A stretch of DNA of 62,852 nucleotides, counting the filler, from an uncultured Synergistales bacterium (GTDB lineage Bacteria; Synergistota; Synergistia; Synergistales; Aminobacteriaceae), in the NCBI GenBank assembly GCA_937897575.1. It is 5 parts of 5 records of this genome, joined end to end, with 100 filler letters (N's around TTAATTAATTAA, not from the genome) between each part and the next. Parts side by side here need not be neighbours in the genome. Positions count along the whole stretch, not along the records: positions 58,475 to 62,852 come from CALCQG010000134.1; 4 more parts are not named here. One strand, 5' to 3'. A model generated the notes under the pieces. The model ran no database searches, was not told the DNA's origin, and saw only the letters and a list, made by a program, of their open reading frames with translations. The translations under genes and the position numbers were made by a program. This document shows, piece by piece, positions 61,349-62,852 of this stretch; the first letter of the stretch is position 1, and every line of letters begins with the position of its first letter.

Positions 61349-62852
61349 GTGGACACTCGATATGAAGCCCGTTTTTTCGGTAGCCCCGAGCTCTTTCTCG
61401 ACGGAGAGAGGGTCTCCTTTCCCTTTCTGAAGGCCCGGGTGCTCGCCCTCCTGCTCGTGGAGGAGCGGTCCTTCACGAGGGACAGGCTCTGCGCCCTCCT
61501 CTGGGGAGATAAAACCCTGCAGAGCGGGCGGAGAAACCTGAGCAACGCCCTGAGCTTCGTCCGGACCGTCCTGCCCCTCCGCTCGGAGCGAAGGGGCGTC
61601 ATCGCCCTCCCCTCCGACGTGACGATCCTGAAGGACTCGGACCGGCTCACCGGACTCTCCACTCTGGACTGGAGCGACGTCACTCCTCTCTTTCACCCCT
61701 TCATGGACCTGGGCGAGGCGGAGGAGTGGCCCGCCTTCATGGAGTGGCTGCTTCCCAAGCGGCGGCAGTACGGCGTTCTGCTCACGGAGGGCCTCCGCGC
61801 CCGGGCCGAGGCCGCCATGGCCGTTCAGGACCCCTCCTCCCTCGGGGAGGCCCTTGCCTGCTACGAGCAGATGGCCCAGAACGAACCCTACGACGAGAAA
61901 ATCCACGGCGAACTGGCGCGCCTCTACATCAAGACGGGGCGCAAGATGGAGGCGGTGCGAACCGCTCAGAGCTTCGCAAGCCGCATCGAGCAGGACCTGG
62001 GGCTCCGGTCGGACCTCGCCGAGGTCGCCCCCCTCATGCAGCGAAGGACCCAGGACACCAGGGCCATGCTCCCCGTCTCCTCCGCGGAGGACAACCCCCT
62101 CGACAGAGACCGCGAAGTCCTGCAGATGCTGAACTTCTTCTACGGCTGCGGAAAGGACGGAGTCTCCTCGTGCGGCTTCGTCTGGGGGGAGGAGGGCATC
62201 GGAAAGGGAGCCCTCGTTCGAGAGGTGGCGGACAAACTCTCGGAGAGCGGCTGGAACTGCCATGTGGTCCGATGCTCCCAGGAGGAGGAGCAGCGCCTCA
62301 TGGTCCCCTTCGTGCAGTTCATGCAGCGTCAGGACGAATCCTTCCTCCAGGAGGAGAGCGCCGTCTCCCTCTCGAAGCTGAGCTGCTTTCGCATGGCGGA
62401 ACTTGTATGGGGCCGGGTGACGGCTCCCGGAGCAGGACCGAACCTGCTCGTCATCGAAAACATCCAATGGATGGACGAGGCGTCGTGGATAATCCTGGAG
62501 ACCATCCTGTGGAACCACTCCGCCGTCCGGCACGTCCTCGTCTCGGGGTACAGGGAGGCCCGCGCCACCTTCATGACCCGCACCACCTTCGCCGACGAGC
62601 CCTTCCAAAGCCTGGAGATCACCCTTGAGCGCTTCACCCCGGAGCAGACGGGGCGGATCTGCCGGATCCTCCGCCCCGGAGAGCAGTGGACCGAGGCAAA
62701 GGTCCTGGACGTCTACCATAAGACGGAGGGCAGCCCCTTCTTCATCCGGGAGCTCCTCGTCCCCGACGGCGAGAAATCCGAGGCCTCCTTCCCGAGAAAC
62801 CCCTTCTCGTCGCGGATCGAGCTCCTGCAGCCCGACGAACGCCGCTTCCTCG
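61349..62852 (+). CDS. SARP-type wHTH + BTAD + ATPase transcriptional regulator, 3' truncated; absent from ORF track
   Basis: GGAGG RBS, GTG start; FFGSPEL, KARVLALLL, RDRLCALLWG, RRNLSNALS, FMEW, EPYDEKIH, GEEGIGKG, LLVIENIQWMD, TEGSPFF. Confidence 0.85.
   Translation, partial: MDTRYEARFFGSPELFLDGERVSFPFLKARVLALLLVEERSFTRDRLCALLWGDKTLQSGRRNLSNALSFVRTVLPLRSERRGVIALPSDVTILKDSDRLTGLSTLDWSDVTPLFHPFMDLGEAEEWPAFMEWLLPKRRQYGVLLTEGLRARAEAAMAVQDPSSLGEALACYEQMAQNEPYDEKIHGELARLYIKTGRKMEAVRTAQSFASRIEQDLGLRSDLAEVAPLMQRRTQDTRAMLPVSSAEDNPLDRDREVLQMLNFFYGCGKDGVSSCGFVWGEEGIGKGALVREVADKLSESGWNCHVVRCSQEEEQRLMVPFVQFMQRQDESFLQEESAVSLSKLSCFRMAELVWGRVTAPGAGPNLLVIENIQWMDEASWIILETILWNHSAVRHVLVSGYREARATFMTRTTFADEPFQSLEITLERFTPEQTGRICRILRPGEQWTEAKVLDVYHKTEGSPFFIRELLVPDGEKSEASFPRNPFSSRIELLQPDERRFL

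Overview
GC-rich bacterial DNA made of five sequence segments (1-7901, 8002-22128, 22229-50257, 50358-58374, 58475-62852) joined by artificial N-TTAATTAATTAA-N linkers, so adjacency across linkers is not evidence. Lipid A/BamA outer-membrane genes together with a Firmicutes-style dprA-topA-trmFO-xerC-hslVU-codY block and amino-acid transport genes suggest a Synergistota-type anaerobe (inference). Most of the window is core genome: a nucleoside-type ABC transporter and cytosine deaminase, secondary alcohol dehydrogenase, LivJ-type binding protein, EF-G paralog, gatCAB, ligA, lysS, an lpx/bamA cluster headed by a sigma factor, tRNA-Lys/Glu/Thr, a TRAP transporter, argH, a Mop-type aldehyde oxidoreductase with its accessory cluster, aspartokinase, homoserine dehydrogenase and a partial SARP/BTAD-ATPase regulator. 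The best candidate for something undescribed is a complete ribosome-dependent attenuator upstream of aspartokinase-hom. It has a sigma70 promoter, a strong RBS, a 27-codon leader peptide with tandem Met-Thr-Thr-Met-Thr codons, a mutually exclusive antiterminator and an intrinsic terminator, which suggests joint Met+Thr sensing of the homoserine branch. Other notable items are a frameshifted trmFO, basic N-terminal tails on TopA and CodY, a sigma/putative anti-sigma pair in front of bamA-lpx, and several candidate operators. All family assignments are from motif recognition; no searches were run.
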